Positions 37,739-47,021 of a DNA stretch of 64,000 nucleotides are shown here, piece after piece. The first letter of the stretch is position 1; every line of letters starts with the position of its first letter. The DNA lies in assembly GCA_963805975.1 (NCBI GenBank), contig CAWDVR010000001.1:224001-288000 (forward strand), in the 5' to 3' direction. The notes beneath the pieces are model-generated. The model saw nothing but the letters and a program-made list of their open reading frames with translations, did no database searches and was not told where the DNA came from. The stretch comes from an uncultured Acidobacteriota bacterium. GTDB lineage: Bacteria > Acidobacteriota > Thermoanaerobaculia > Multivoradales > SZUA-115. The position numbers were made by a program, and so were the translations under genes.

Positions 37739-38818
37739 ATGAGTCGCGTAGCGTCGATAGTGCTGGCGACACTCGCCACCATCCTGTTCCTGCGCCTTGC
37801 GCAGGAGGTGGTGATCCCGCTGCTCCTCGCCTGGTTCCTCTTCTTCGCGCTCAATCCCATAGTCCGCTGGCTGGTGGCGTGGAGGCTGCCGCGGCTCGTC
37901 GCCTCCGCCGTGGTGCTCGCCGTGGTCCTCGGCGGCCTTGGATACGGCCTCTTCAGCCTGCGTGACGAGGCGCTGGAAGTGATCGAGGAGATCCCGGTCG
38001 CGGCGGCCCGACTGCGCCAGACCCTGGAGCACGAGCGGCGCCAGTCCGCTCCGGGGCCGATCGACAAGGTCCAAGACGCCGCGGCGGAGCTGGAGGCCGC
38101 CGCCACCGCCGCGTTGGGGGAGCCGGAGGTGAGGCGGGGAACGGTGCGAGTGCAGGTGGAGGAAGCGCCATTGGACGTGACCCGCTCACTGGTCTGGGGA
38201 TCGATGACGCTCTTCGGCGCGGCCGGGCAGTGGGTGATGATCCTCTTCCTGACCTACTTCCTCCTGCTCTCCGACGATCTGCTCAAGGCCAAGCTCGTCC
38301 ACCTCGCCGGGCCGACGCTGACGCGGCAGCGGATCACGGTGCAGCTTCTCGACGAGATCGGCCGCCAGGTGGGCCGCTTTCTGGGTGTGACCGCCCTGGG
38401 CAGCGCTCTCGTGGGGCTGGCGAGCTGGGCGCTCCTCTGGTGGCTCGGCGTCGAGCGCGCCGCGCTCTGGGGCCTGGCGGCGGCGGTGTTCAACACCGTG
38501 CCCTACTTCGGGCCGGTGCTGGTCACCGCCGGGCTGACGGTCGTCGCCTACCTACAGTTCGGCGATCTGGGTCCGGCTGCGACGGCGGGCGCCGTGGCTC
38601 TCCTCGTCACCACGCTCGAGGGCTGGTTGCTGACGCCGTGGCTCTTGGGGCGCGCCGCCCGCATGAATCAGGTGGCGATCTTCTGTGGCCTGCTGTTCTG
38701 GAGCTGGATGTGGGGCCTGTGGGGCATGTTGCTCGCGGTGCCCATGATGATGGTGATGAAGGCGGTCTGTGACCGGGTGGAAGGGCTTCGCCCCCTGGGC
38801 GAGCTCGTGAGCGAGTAA
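37739..38818 (+). CDS. AI-2E family transporter
   Basis: Multi-TM; FNTVPYFGP, LEGWLLTPWL, FWSWMWGLWGMLLAVP. Confidence 0.9.
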   Translation: MSRVASIVLATLATILFLRLAQEVVIPLLLAWFLFFALNPIVRWLVAWRLPRLVASAVVLAVVLGGLGYGLFSLRDEALEVIEEIPVAAARLRQTLEHERRQSAPGPIDKVQDAAAELEAAATAALGEPEVRRGTVRVQVEEAPLDVTRSLVWGSMTLFGAAGQWVMILFLTYFLLLSDDLLKAKLVHLAGPTLTRQRITVQLLDEIGRQVGRFLGVTALGSALVGLASWALLWWLGVERAALWGLAAAVFNTVPYFGPVLVTAGLTVVAYLQFGDLGPAATAGAVALLVTTLEGWLLTPWLLGRAARMNQVAIFCGLLFWSWMWGLWGMLLAVPMMMVMKAVCDRVEGLRPLGELVSE

Positions 38819-38865
38819 GATTCCCGCCGTTTACTCGCTTCTGCACGAGCTCGAGAGGAAGACCG

Positions 38866-39654
38866 ATGCGCCGTCTGCCCGTTCTGATCGCCGCCGCTCT
38901 GATCGCGGCTTGCGTCACTCCGAAGCCGAAGCCGCCGGATACCAAGCCGGAGCCGCCCAAACCCGGGGAAACCAAGCCCGGAGAGGTCAAGCCGGGCACA
39001 CCCAAGCCCGGTACACCCAAACCGCCGACCGAGAAGCCGCCCCTCACGCCGGTCGAGCGGGTGGTCGCGGAGCTCGAAGACCAGGTGACGGCCCGGCTGG
39101 GTCGCTCGTTCGCACGCGCCGGCGTCCGGTTTCCGCCGAGCCGGCTGCACATCCTGGCCTTCAAGCAGGAGCGCCTCCTCGAGCTCTGGGCAGAGGACGG
39201 CGCCGGACCCCGGTTCATCCGTTCCTACGAGGTCCAGGCTGCCAGCGGCAAGGCGGGCCCCAAGCTGGCGGAAGGTGATCGCCAGGTGCCCGAGGGCGTC
39301 TATCGTGTGACCTGGCTCAACCCGAAGAGCAACTTCTACCTGTCGATGAAGCTCGACTATCCGAACGAGTTCGACCGCTCCAAGGCGGCGCTGGACTTCC
39401 GTACCGACCTGGGAGGCGACATCTTCATCCACGGGCGCGACCAGTCGATCGGTTGCCTCGCCCTGGGCGATGCGGGGATCGAGGATCTCTTCGTGCTCGC
39501 GGCGCGCGTCGGTGCGGAGAAGGTGAAGGTGATCATCGCCCCCAACGACTTGCGCAGCAAAGCCCCTCCCACCGAGCTGCGCTACTCCCCGGCCTGGCTG
39601 CCCGAGCTCTACCAGAAACTGCGCCGCGAGCTCGAGGCCTTCGCGCTCCGGTAG
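38866..39654 (+). CDS. L,D-transpeptidase family lipoprotein (YkuD domain, YafK/DpaA-like)
   Basis: Lipobox IAAC; Pro/Lys linker; GPKLAEGDRQVPEGVY, LDYPNEFD, catalytic IFIHG...SIGC. Confidence 0.88.
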   Translation: MRRLPVLIAAALIAACVTPKPKPPDTKPEPPKPGETKPGEVKPGTPKPGTPKPPTEKPPLTPVERVVAELEDQVTARLGRSFARAGVRFPPSRLHILAFKQERLLELWAEDGAGPRFIRSYEVQAASGKAGPKLAEGDRQVPEGVYRVTWLNPKSNFYLSMKLDYPNEFDRSKAALDFRTDLGGDIFIHGRDQSIGCLALGDAGIEDLFVLAARVGAEKVKVIIAPNDLRSKAPPTELRYSPAWLPELYQKLRRELEAFALR

Positions 39655-39665
39655 GCGGCCGCGCG

Positions 39666-41285
39666 ATGGCGAGCGAGGTGGAGATCCGCGATCTCGTGGC
39701 GCCGCTCGGCGCCGCGGACGCTCGCACGAGCCGCGCGGCCGGTGAAGCGCTGCTGCGCCACGGAGCCGCCGCGCTGCCGGCGCTGGTGGCCGCTCTCCGG
39801 GGCGGCAATCACGAAGCCCGCAAGGCCGCGGCGTTCCTCCTCGGCCGCCTGCCGGGTACCGCGGAGACCGCCACGGCGCTGGCCACGGCGCTGGCCGATG
39901 TCGAGCCCAAGGTGCGCAAGAACGCCGCCGTCTCGCTCGGGCGCAAGGGCGGTCCGGGAGAGGTGGCTGCCGCGGCGGCGGCGCTCGAGGGCGAGACGGT
40001 CGCCTGGGTGCGGCCCTCGCTGGTGCTGGCCCTCGGCAGCCTCGGCGGCGATGCCGCCCGTTCCGCGCTGGCCGGCCTCGCGCCCCAGTCGGCCGCCGAA
40101 GAGGAGGCGTTGGCCAAGGCCATGGACCATCTGAACCGGGGGGCCGGTACCCCGGCTGACCCCGGAGCAAGGCCGGCGGTCTCCTGGCGGGAGGCTTCCG
40201 AGCTCGCCTCGGCGGTGGTCTTTGCCTCCGCGCCCCCCGGGCTCGAAGACCTCGCGCAGGCCGAGGCCGTGGAGCGCGGCCTGGCAGCGCCCGAGGTCTC
40301 CGCACGGGGGTTGCTGCAGTTTTCTCCCGGGACAAGGCCTGCGGGCCTCCAGGCGAGGTTGCGCTGCGTCTCGGAAGTTCGCCTGCTTCTCGCCCAGGGG
40401 CCACCGCTGCCGCGCTCGGCCTCACGCGAGCTCGCAGGCGGCGTCATACGGCTCCTGGCACCGGCGGGGCCGCTCCAGTCTTGGCGCTCCTGGCTCGACA
40501 CCGGCGGCGAGCCGCTGCGCTACCGCTTCGCGGTCGAAGGCCTCCGCCTGCCGAAGTCAGCCTTCCGCGACCTTCTGGGAGCGGTGCGCCACACCCTCGC
40601 CCCGCTTGGCCTGGTGGACAGCCCGTCCAACTACGCGGTGCAGCTCGTCCTCGAAGCCGCGGCGGACGGTTCCCGGCTCTGGCTCCTGCCGAGCTTCGAG
40701 ACCGACCTGCGTTTCGCCTACCGGCGGCTGGACGTGGGCGCGGCGATCCATCCCGTGGTCGCGGCCTGCCTGGCGCGGCTGGTGCGCACGCCGGCCGGGG
40801 ACGATGCGCAGGGCTCCGTGCTCGATCCCACGTGCGGCAGCGGCACGCTCCTGATCGAGCGCGCCCTGCTCTCGGACGACGTTCTCCTGCGCGGCATTGA
40901 CGTGAGCCCCACCGCGGTCGCCGCCGCCCAGCAGAACGTGGAGGCCGCGGGGCTAGGGGGCCGGATCTCGATCGAACGCCGGGACGCCGCCGACCCCGCG
41001 AGCTGGCGACCGGTCCGCGAGGTGCTGGCCAACCTGCCCTTCGGCCTTCGCACGAGATCCCAGGATCGCGGCCTCGACGCGCTCTACGCTCGGCTCGTGG
41101 GGCACCTGGGCCGCTCCCTCGCGCCGGGCGGACGGGCGGTCCTCTACACCGCGAACGCCAGGGCGCTCGAGCCGGCCCTGGTGCGCGCCGCGCCCGCCCT
41201 GCGCGTCGTGGAGAAGCGGCGGGTCTCGGCCGGCGGCCTCGAGGTCGGCGTGTGGGTGATCGAGCGCGCCGAGAGCCTGCGATAG
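39666..41285 (+). CDS. HEAT-repeat protein fused to an RNA methyltransferase (UPF0020/Trm14/RlmL-like)
   Basis: N-terminal HEAT repeats (ARKAAAFLLGR, VRKNAAVSLG); THUMP-like PPGLEDLA; SAM motif LDPTCGSGTLLIE; NLPFG. Confidence 0.75.
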   Translation: MASEVEIRDLVAPLGAADARTSRAAGEALLRHGAAALPALVAALRGGNHEARKAAAFLLGRLPGTAETATALATALADVEPKVRKNAAVSLGRKGGPGEVAAAAAALEGETVAWVRPSLVLALGSLGGDAARSALAGLAPQSAAEEEALAKAMDHLNRGAGTPADPGARPAVSWREASELASAVVFASAPPGLEDLAQAEAVERGLAAPEVSARGLLQFSPGTRPAGLQARLRCVSEVRLLLAQGPPLPRSASRELAGGVIRLLAPAGPLQSWRSWLDTGGEPLRYRFAVEGLRLPKSAFRDLLGAVRHTLAPLGLVDSPSNYAVQLVLEAAADGSRLWLLPSFETDLRFAYRRLDVGAAIHPVVAACLARLVRTPAGDDAQGSVLDPTCGSGTLLIERALLSDDVLLRGIDVSPTAVAAAQQNVEAAGLGGRISIERRDAADPASWRPVREVLANLPFGLRTRSQDRGLDALYARLVGHLGRSLAPGGRAVLYTANARALEPALVRAAPALRVVEKRRVSAGGLEVGVWVIERAESLR

Positions 41286-41303
41286 GGGAAGCGCGCAGCC
41301 GAG

Positions 41304-42653
41304 CTACGAGCCGAGATCCATCTCCACCGCCGCGATCGATTCCTCGAGCGCGGCCAGGAAGCGGTCGAGCTGCGGATAGGTGATGACCAGCGGCGGCTCG
41401 ACCCGCAGCGTCTGCGCGTTGATGTAGGTGCCGGAGATCAGCATGTTGCGCGCGAAGAGGTTCTTCGCCACCGCATAGCCGAGATCGTGATCGGTGAACT
41501 CCATGCCCAGCATCAGCCCTCGGCCGCGGCCGCCCTGCATGACCTTGGGATGGCGCGCGGCGATCTCGTTCAGGCGCGGCAGCAGGTAGTCGCCCTTCTC
41601 GCCGGCCTGGCGTGGAAGGTCCTCCTCGAGGAGCACGTGGAAGGTGGCGATGGCGGCGGCGCAGGCGAGCGGGTTGCCGCCGAAGGTGGTGGTGTGGAGG
41701 AAGGGGTTGTCGATGTAGCGCTCCCAGGTCTTCGCCGTGCCCACGCAGCAGCCGATGGGCATCACGCCGCCGCCGAAGCCCTTGGCGAGCGCCATCAGGT
41801 CCGGCACCACGCCCTCGTGCTCGCAGCAGAACATCCTTCCCGTGCGCCCCATGCCGGACTGCACCTCGTCGAGCACCAGCAGCGCACCGTAGCGGTCGCA
41901 GATCTCGCGCGCCGCCGGCAGGTAGCCGGGCGGGGCGACGACGATGCCGCCCTCGCCCAGGATCGGCTCGAGCACCACGGCGGCCACGCGGTCGCCGGAG
42001 AAGTCGCAGGACTTGACGAAGGTATGGAGGGCGTCGATATCGCCGAACGGTACGTGCGACCAGTGGAGGAGCGGCAGGAAGGGCTCGCGGAACACCGCCT
42101 TGGAGGTGCCGCCCAGGGAGCCGAGCGTCTTGCCGTGGAAGGCGCCGACGGCACCGACGAAGTGGTGCCGGCCGGTGGTGAGCATGGCCATCTTGAGGCA
42201 GGCCTCGATCGACTCGGTGCCCGAGTTGGTGAAGAAGGAGTAGTTGAGGTCGCCGGGAGTGACGAGGGAGACGAGGTGCGCGAGGTAGGTGCGCAGCGGA
42301 TCGATCAGCTCCTGCGAGTGGATGGCCTGGCGCTCGAGCTGGTCCCGCACCGCCTGCATCACCGTGGGGTGGCGGTGGCCCACCACGTAGATCCCGAAGC
42401 CCCCCAAGAGGTCCAGGAACTCTTGGCCCTGAATGTCACGGAACACCGCGCCCTCGTCTTCCCACTCGACGGCGGTGTAATCGGTCGAGACCGACTTCCG
42501 GTAGTGCAGGAAGCCAGGATTGACGTGGTCCGCCCAGTAGCGGACCGACTCCTCGATCACCCGTGTCCGCTCATCGGCGGTGAGCGTGGGCTTGGAGATC
42601 AGGCCCAGGACGTAGGCGGAGCGCTCGGCGGCCTGCTTCAGGTCCTGGGGCAC
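41304..42653 (-). CDS. patA: putrescine aminotransferase
   Basis: HVNPGFLHYRKSV, DLLGGFGIY, HSQELIDPLR, FFTNSGTE, LDEVQSGMGRTG, AKGFGGG, LHTTTFGGNPLAC. Confidence 0.9.
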   Translation of the reverse strand: MPQDLKQAAERSAYVLGLISKPTLTADERTRVIEESVRYWADHVNPGFLHYRKSVSTDYTAVEWEDEGAVFRDIQGQEFLDLLGGFGIYVVGHRHPTVMQAVRDQLERQAIHSQELIDPLRTYLAHLVSLVTPGDLNYSFFTNSGTESIEACLKMAMLTTGRHHFVGAVGAFHGKTLGSLGGTSKAVFREPFLPLLHWSHVPFGDIDALHTFVKSCDFSGDRVAAVVLEPILGEGGIVVAPPGYLPAAREICDRYGALLVLDEVQSGMGRTGRMFCCEHEGVVPDLMALAKGFGGGVMPIGCCVGTAKTWERYIDNPFLHTTTFGGNPLACAAAIATFHVLLEEDLPRQAGEKGDYLLPRLNEIAARHPKVMQGGRGRGLMLGMEFTDHDLGYAVAKNLFARNMLISGTYINAQTLRVEPPLVITYPQLDRFLAALEESIAAVEMDLGS

Positions 42654-42665
42654 GGGTCTCTCCGC

Positions 42666-43346
42666 CTAATAGGTCTTCACGTCCGTTACCTCGCCCTGGG
42701 CGTTGGCGGTCAGGCCGCCCATCTTGCGGTCGCCGCGGACGGTGATCTGGATCCGCACCTGGCCGTTCTCGCGGATGGCCTGGTCCAGATCGTCGTCTTT
42801 CCACGTGCTCGCGCTGGCCCCGGCCTCTCGCATGTCACGCTCCATTTTCTCGCGCATCTGGTTGGCCTTCGCCCGTATCTCCAGGGTGGGGTCGAAGTGG
42901 CGCTGCACGTCGATGCCCACCACCTCGCCGCTCTCGAGGCTCAACCTCTCGAGCGCCGTCTTCGCGAGCTCGGGGATCTTGTCGAGGGCGACATCGCTCC
43001 AGGTGAAGAGGCTCGGCTCGAGCTCGCCGTCGCCGATGAGCTGCACCGGGATGGGGCCCACGAGCACGCCCTTCTCAAGCCTCCAGGCGTCCACGTTCTC
43101 GGGCTTCTTGGGGTCCTGCGCCCGGAAGGTCGCGGAGCGGTAGTCGGCCTCCACCCGCAGCAGCCGGGCGTTCTCGCCGATCTTGGCCCGCACGTCCGCC
43201 AGCAGCTTCGGCCACTGCTCTTCAGTCCACGCCGGGCCGGAAGGCTTCGCCGTGCGCATGGCCGTTAAGTCCCCGCAGCCGAGGGGAAGGAAGGAGGCCA
43301 GGGCAAAAAGGCCGAGTGCAGCGAGCAGGCGGGACTGACTCCTCAT
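42666..43346 (-). CDS. hypothetical lipoprotein
   Basis: Lipobox PLGC after a signal peptide; GGGAGGG RBS; 12-nt gap to patA. Confidence 0.7.
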   Translation of the reverse strand: MRSQSRLLAALGLFALASFLPLGCGDLTAMRTAKPSGPAWTEEQWPKLLADVRAKIGENARLLRVEADYRSATFRAQDPKKPENVDAWRLEKGVLVGPIPVQLIGDGELEPSLFTWSDVALDKIPELAKTALERLSLESGEVVGIDVQRHFDPTLEIRAKANQMREKMERDMREAGASASTWKDDDLDQAIRENGQVRIQITVRGDRKMGGLTANAQGEVTDVKTY

Positions 43347-43468
43347 CACACCCCTCCCATGTAGGGAAACGATCGCCGTTCAGGATGGCGGGCAGGATAG
43401 CAAAAGTACTGCGTGCTAGCATCCGCAAGGCCTCGTCGGCCGCTCCCTTTCCGAGAGGGTTTCGCCCG

Positions 43469-44800
43469 ATGCTCGACACCGCAACGCGCTCGATCGTCCT
43501 CAAGACCGCAGTGCCCGGCCCGCGCTCGCGAGCCCTCCTCGAACGGCGGCAGGCCGCGGTGCCGCGGGGCATCGCCATGACCACGCCGCTCTTCATCGAG
43601 CGCGCGGAGGGGGCTCTGCTCCACGACGTGGACGGCAACACCTTCCTCGACTTCGCCGGCGGCATCGGCACGATGAACGTGGGGCACACCAACCCGGCGG
43701 TGGTAGAGGCGGTGCGAGAGCAGGTGGCGAAGCTCACCCACGCCTGCTTCTCGGTCGCCATGTACGAGCCCTACGTGGCGCTCGCCGAGACTTTGAACCG
43801 CCTGACCCCCGGCAGCTTCCCCAAGAAGACGATGCTCTGCGGCAGCGGCGCCGAGGCGGTGGAGAACGCGGTCAAGGTCTCGCGCCACGCGACCGGCCGG
43901 CCGGCCGTGGTGGTCTTCGAGCACGGCTTCCACGGCCGCACCCTCCTCGCCCTCACCATGACCAGCAAGGTCAAGCCCTACAAGCTGGGCTTCGGGCCGT
44001 TCGCGACCGAGGTCTACCGGCTGCCGTTTCCCTACCCGTACCGGCGGCAAACGCCGATGACGCCCGCAGCGTACGAGCGCGAGATCGTGGGGTTCTTCTC
44101 CACCCACGTCGCACCGGAGCGGGTGGCCTGCGTGGTGATGGAGCTGGTGCTGGGTGAGGGTGGGTTCGTGCCGGCCCCGCCCGAGTACGTGGCGATCCTG
44201 GCTCGCGTCTGCAAGGAGCACGGCATCCTGTTCGTGGCCGACGAGGTGCAGACCGGCTGGGGCCGCACAGGGCGCCTGTTCGCGTCCGAGCACTACGGCC
44301 TCGAGCCCGACCTGGTGACGCTCGCCAAGTCCATGGGCGGCGGGCTGCCCATCGCCGCCCTCACCGGCCGCGCCGAGGTGATGGACTCGGCCCAGGTGGG
44401 CGGCCTCGGGGGCACCTACCTCGGTAACCCCGTGGCCTGCGCCGCGGCGCTGGCGGCCATCGAGTTCCTGGAGGGCCATGGCCTGGTCGAGAGGGCGGAG
44501 GTGATCGGCCGCCAGGTGGAGGCACGGTTCGCGGATTTCGTGCGGCGCTTTCCCAAGGTGGGGGAGGCGCGCGGCCTGGGCGCCATGCGGGCCCTCGAGC
44601 TGGTGGCCGACAAGGAGAGCCGCGAGCCGGACAAGGAGTACGCGCAACGGGTGATCCGGCGCGCCTACGAGCACGGCCTGGTGCTGGTCGGCGCCGGTAC
44701 CTTCGGCAACATCCTCCGCACCTTGATGCCGCTCACCCTTACCGACGAGCAGCTCGCCGAGGGCCTGGACGTGCTCGAGGACGCGCTGGCACCCGGCTAG
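43469..44800 (+). CDS. gabT: 4-aminobutyrate aminotransferase
   Basis: DFAGGIG, SGAEAVENAVK, FHGRTLL, KPYKLGFGPF, ADEVQTGWGRTG, GGLGGTYLGNP. Confidence 0.92.
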   Translation: MLDTATRSIVLKTAVPGPRSRALLERRQAAVPRGIAMTTPLFIERAEGALLHDVDGNTFLDFAGGIGTMNVGHTNPAVVEAVREQVAKLTHACFSVAMYEPYVALAETLNRLTPGSFPKKTMLCGSGAEAVENAVKVSRHATGRPAVVVFEHGFHGRTLLALTMTSKVKPYKLGFGPFATEVYRLPFPYPYRRQTPMTPAAYEREIVGFFSTHVAPERVACVVMELVLGEGGFVPAPPEYVAILARVCKEHGILFVADEVQTGWGRTGRLFASEHYGLEPDLVTLAKSMGGGLPIAALTGRAEVMDSAQVGGLGGTYLGNPVACAAALAAIEFLEGHGLVERAEVIGRQVEARFADFVRRFPKVGEARGLGAMRALELVADKESREPDKEYAQRVIRRAYEHGLVLVGAGTFGNILRTLMPLTLTDEQLAEGLDVLEDALAPG

Positions 44801-44820
44801 GGAGTGGGAAGCGCAGACCG

Positions 44821-46185
44821 ATGGCCATCGCAACCGTCAACCCCGCGACCGGCGAGACCCTCCGCACCTTCGAGCCGCATTCGGCCGCGGAGGTGGAGGA
44901 GCGGGTGGCGCAGGCAGCAGCCGCCTTCCGCGGCTGGCGCCGCACGGCGTTTGCCGAGCGCGCGACGCGGATGAGCGAGGCCGCGCAGGTGCTCGACCAC
45001 GACAAGCGGCGCCTGGGCGAGCTGATGACGATCGAGATGGGCAAGCCCATCGGCGCCGCCGTGGCCGAGGTCGAGAAATGCGCCTGGGTATGCCGCCACT
45101 ACGCCGAGAACGCCGCCCGCCTGCTGGCCGACGAGCCGGCGGAGACCGACGCCGCGCGGAGCTTCGTCCGCTATCAGCCGCTGGGTGTCGTGCTCGCGGT
45201 GATGCCCTGGAACTTTCCTTTCTGGCAGGTTTTCCGCTTTGCCGCACCGGCGCTGATGGCAGGCAACACGGGTCTCCTGAAGCACGCCTCGAACGTGCCG
45301 CAGTCGGCGCTCGCGATCGAGGAGGTCTTCCGGCGCGCCGGCTTTCCGGAGGGCTGCTTCACCACCATGCTCGTAGGCTCGGACGCAGTCGAGGCCTTGA
45401 TCCGCGACCCACGCATCGCGGCCGTGACGCTCACCGGCAGTGAGGGTGCCGGCGTCGCTGTCGGGCGCGCCGCGGGAGGAGCGCTCAAGAAAGCGGTCCT
45501 CGAGCTGGGCGGCAGCGACCCTTTCCTGGTGCTGCCCTCGGCCGACCTCGAAGCCGCGGTCACCACTGCCGTCAAGGCGCGTACCCTCAACAACGGCCAG
45601 TCCTGCATCGCGGCCAAACGCTTCATCGTGCACCGCGACGTGGCACCGGCTTTCACCGAGAGGTTCGTGGCCAGCATGGCGGCGCTGACGGTGGGAGATC
45701 CCATGGACCCGGCGACCGAGGTGGGGCCGCTCGCCACGCCGGCGATCCTCGACGAGCTGGACGAGCAGGTGCAGAAGTCGGTCGCCGCCGGTGCCCGGCT
45801 CCTCACCGGCGGCCGGCGCCTCGAACGGCCCGGCAACTTCTACCCCCCGACCGTGCTCGCCGACCCCGCACCCGGCTCGCCGGCCGACCGCGAAGAGCTG
45901 TTCGGGCCGGTGGCGACCGTGTTCACCGTCGCCAGCCTGGGCGAGGCGATCGCCAAGGCCAACGACTCCACCTTCGGCCTCGGTGCCGCCGCCTGGACCC
46001 GCGACCCCGCGGAGCAGGAGCGCCTGATCGACGAGCTCGAGGCCGGGTCCGTGTTCGTCAACGGCATGGTGAAGAGCGATCCCCGCCTGCCCTTCGGCGG
46101 GATCAAGCGCTCCGGCTTCGGCCGCGAGCTCTCGAGCCACGGCATCCGGGAGTTCGTCAACGTGAAGACGGTGTGGGTGGGGTAG
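44821..46185 (+). CDS. gabD: succinate-semialdehyde dehydrogenase (Sad/GabD1 type)
   Basis: VMPWNFPFWQVFRFA, LKHAS, LTGS, LELGGSDP, NNGQSCIAAKRF, EELFGP. Confidence 0.9.
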   Translation: MAIATVNPATGETLRTFEPHSAAEVEERVAQAAAAFRGWRRTAFAERATRMSEAAQVLDHDKRRLGELMTIEMGKPIGAAVAEVEKCAWVCRHYAENAARLLADEPAETDAARSFVRYQPLGVVLAVMPWNFPFWQVFRFAAPALMAGNTGLLKHASNVPQSALAIEEVFRRAGFPEGCFTTMLVGSDAVEALIRDPRIAAVTLTGSEGAGVAVGRAAGGALKKAVLELGGSDPFLVLPSADLEAAVTTAVKARTLNNGQSCIAAKRFIVHRDVAPAFTERFVASMAALTVGDPMDPATEVGPLATPAILDELDEQVQKSVAAGARLLTGGRRLERPGNFYPPTVLADPAPGSPADREELFGPVATVFTVASLGEAIAKANDSTFGLGAAAWTRDPAEQERLIDELEAGSVFVNGMVKSDPRLPFGGIKRSGFGRELSSHGIREFVNVKTVWVG

Positions 46186-46198
46186 GAGGCGGCCAGCC

Positions 46199-46585
46199 TC
46201 ACGCCGCCGTCACGTCCGTCTTCCCGAAGTCCTCTCCCACGAAGAGCAGCGGCCGGTCGGCGAGCTTGGCGGTTGCGTAGCTCATGCAATCGCCGAAGTT
46301 GAGGGCCGCCGGATGGCGGCCTTTGCCGAAGCGCGCGAAGGCATCGGCGGCCGCCCGCCAGTGGATGTCTCCGAAAGGGATCACCGAGACGTCAAACTGC
46401 CGTACCCAGCGGTCGACGATCCCGGGCGCCGCGAGGCCATATCGCCTGGCCAGAACCATGCTGCCCTCGAGCAGAGTGGGGGCCGCAACGCCCTTCCTCT
46501 CGACAGCCAGGATCTTGCGCAGGAGACCCTCATGGCCCGCCTCTTCAAACAGAATCGTAAGGATCGCGGAAGTATCGAGAATCAT
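46199..46585 (-). CDS. vapC: VapC/PIN toxin
   Basis: MILDTSAIL...FGKGRHPAALNFGDCMSYATAK...LLFVGEDF. Confidence 0.93.
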   Translation of the reverse strand: MILDTSAILTILFEEAGHEGLLRKILAVERKGVAAPTLLEGSMVLARRYGLAAPGIVDRWVRQFDVSVIPFGDIHWRAAADAFARFGKGRHPAALNFGDCMSYATAKLADRPLLFVGEDFGKTDVTAA

Positions 46586-46854
46586 ACGCCGTCCGGTCCA
46601 TAGCCCAGGATCTCGTCCTGCTCTTCCTGGCTGATCCCTTTGCCACGCTGCTCGGGCGGGAGCCTGGACCAGACTTCGGTCTCGAGCCAGTGGATGGCCT
46701 CGGCGTAGCGGTCCCGCCTCACGACGTGCATCGCCAGCCTCTCCTTTCGTTCCTCCAGCGCTTTGCGAACGGCCTCCGTCTTGCTCTCGCCGGTGAGCCG
46801 GGAGACCTCCGCGACCAGCCGTTCCACCTCGGGGTTCTTCAGATTGAGAGCCAT
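46582..46854 (-). CDS. vapB: VapB antitoxin (Rv0623-like)
   Basis: MALNLKNPEVERLVAEVSRLTGESKTEAVRKALEER...EILGYGPDGV; ATGA overlap with the toxin. Confidence 0.9.
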   Translation of the reverse strand: MALNLKNPEVERLVAEVSRLTGESKTEAVRKALEERKERLAMHVVRRDRYAEAIHWLETEVWSRLPPEQRGKGISQEEQDEILGYGPDGV

Positions 46855-46878
46855 GGCACGACCTCCGGCCACAGATCG

Positions 46879-46909
46879 TATGGTAGAAAGGTGCATAAAA
46901 TCAACCATA
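46879..46909. promoter_or_regulatory. inverted repeat, putative vapBC operator
   Basis: TATGGTAGA - 13 nt - TCAACCATA (8 of 9 match) in an AT-rich patch upstream of vapB. Confidence 0.55.
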
Positions 46910-47021
46910 GTTCCTCCCATATGCAGCGATCTTGGAGACGGGCGGAGCCGTCGCGGCCGATCATTGCTGTGCTGGGACTGAGACGGAAAGCCGAGGGCAG
47001 ACCTTACACGGCGCTTCGATC

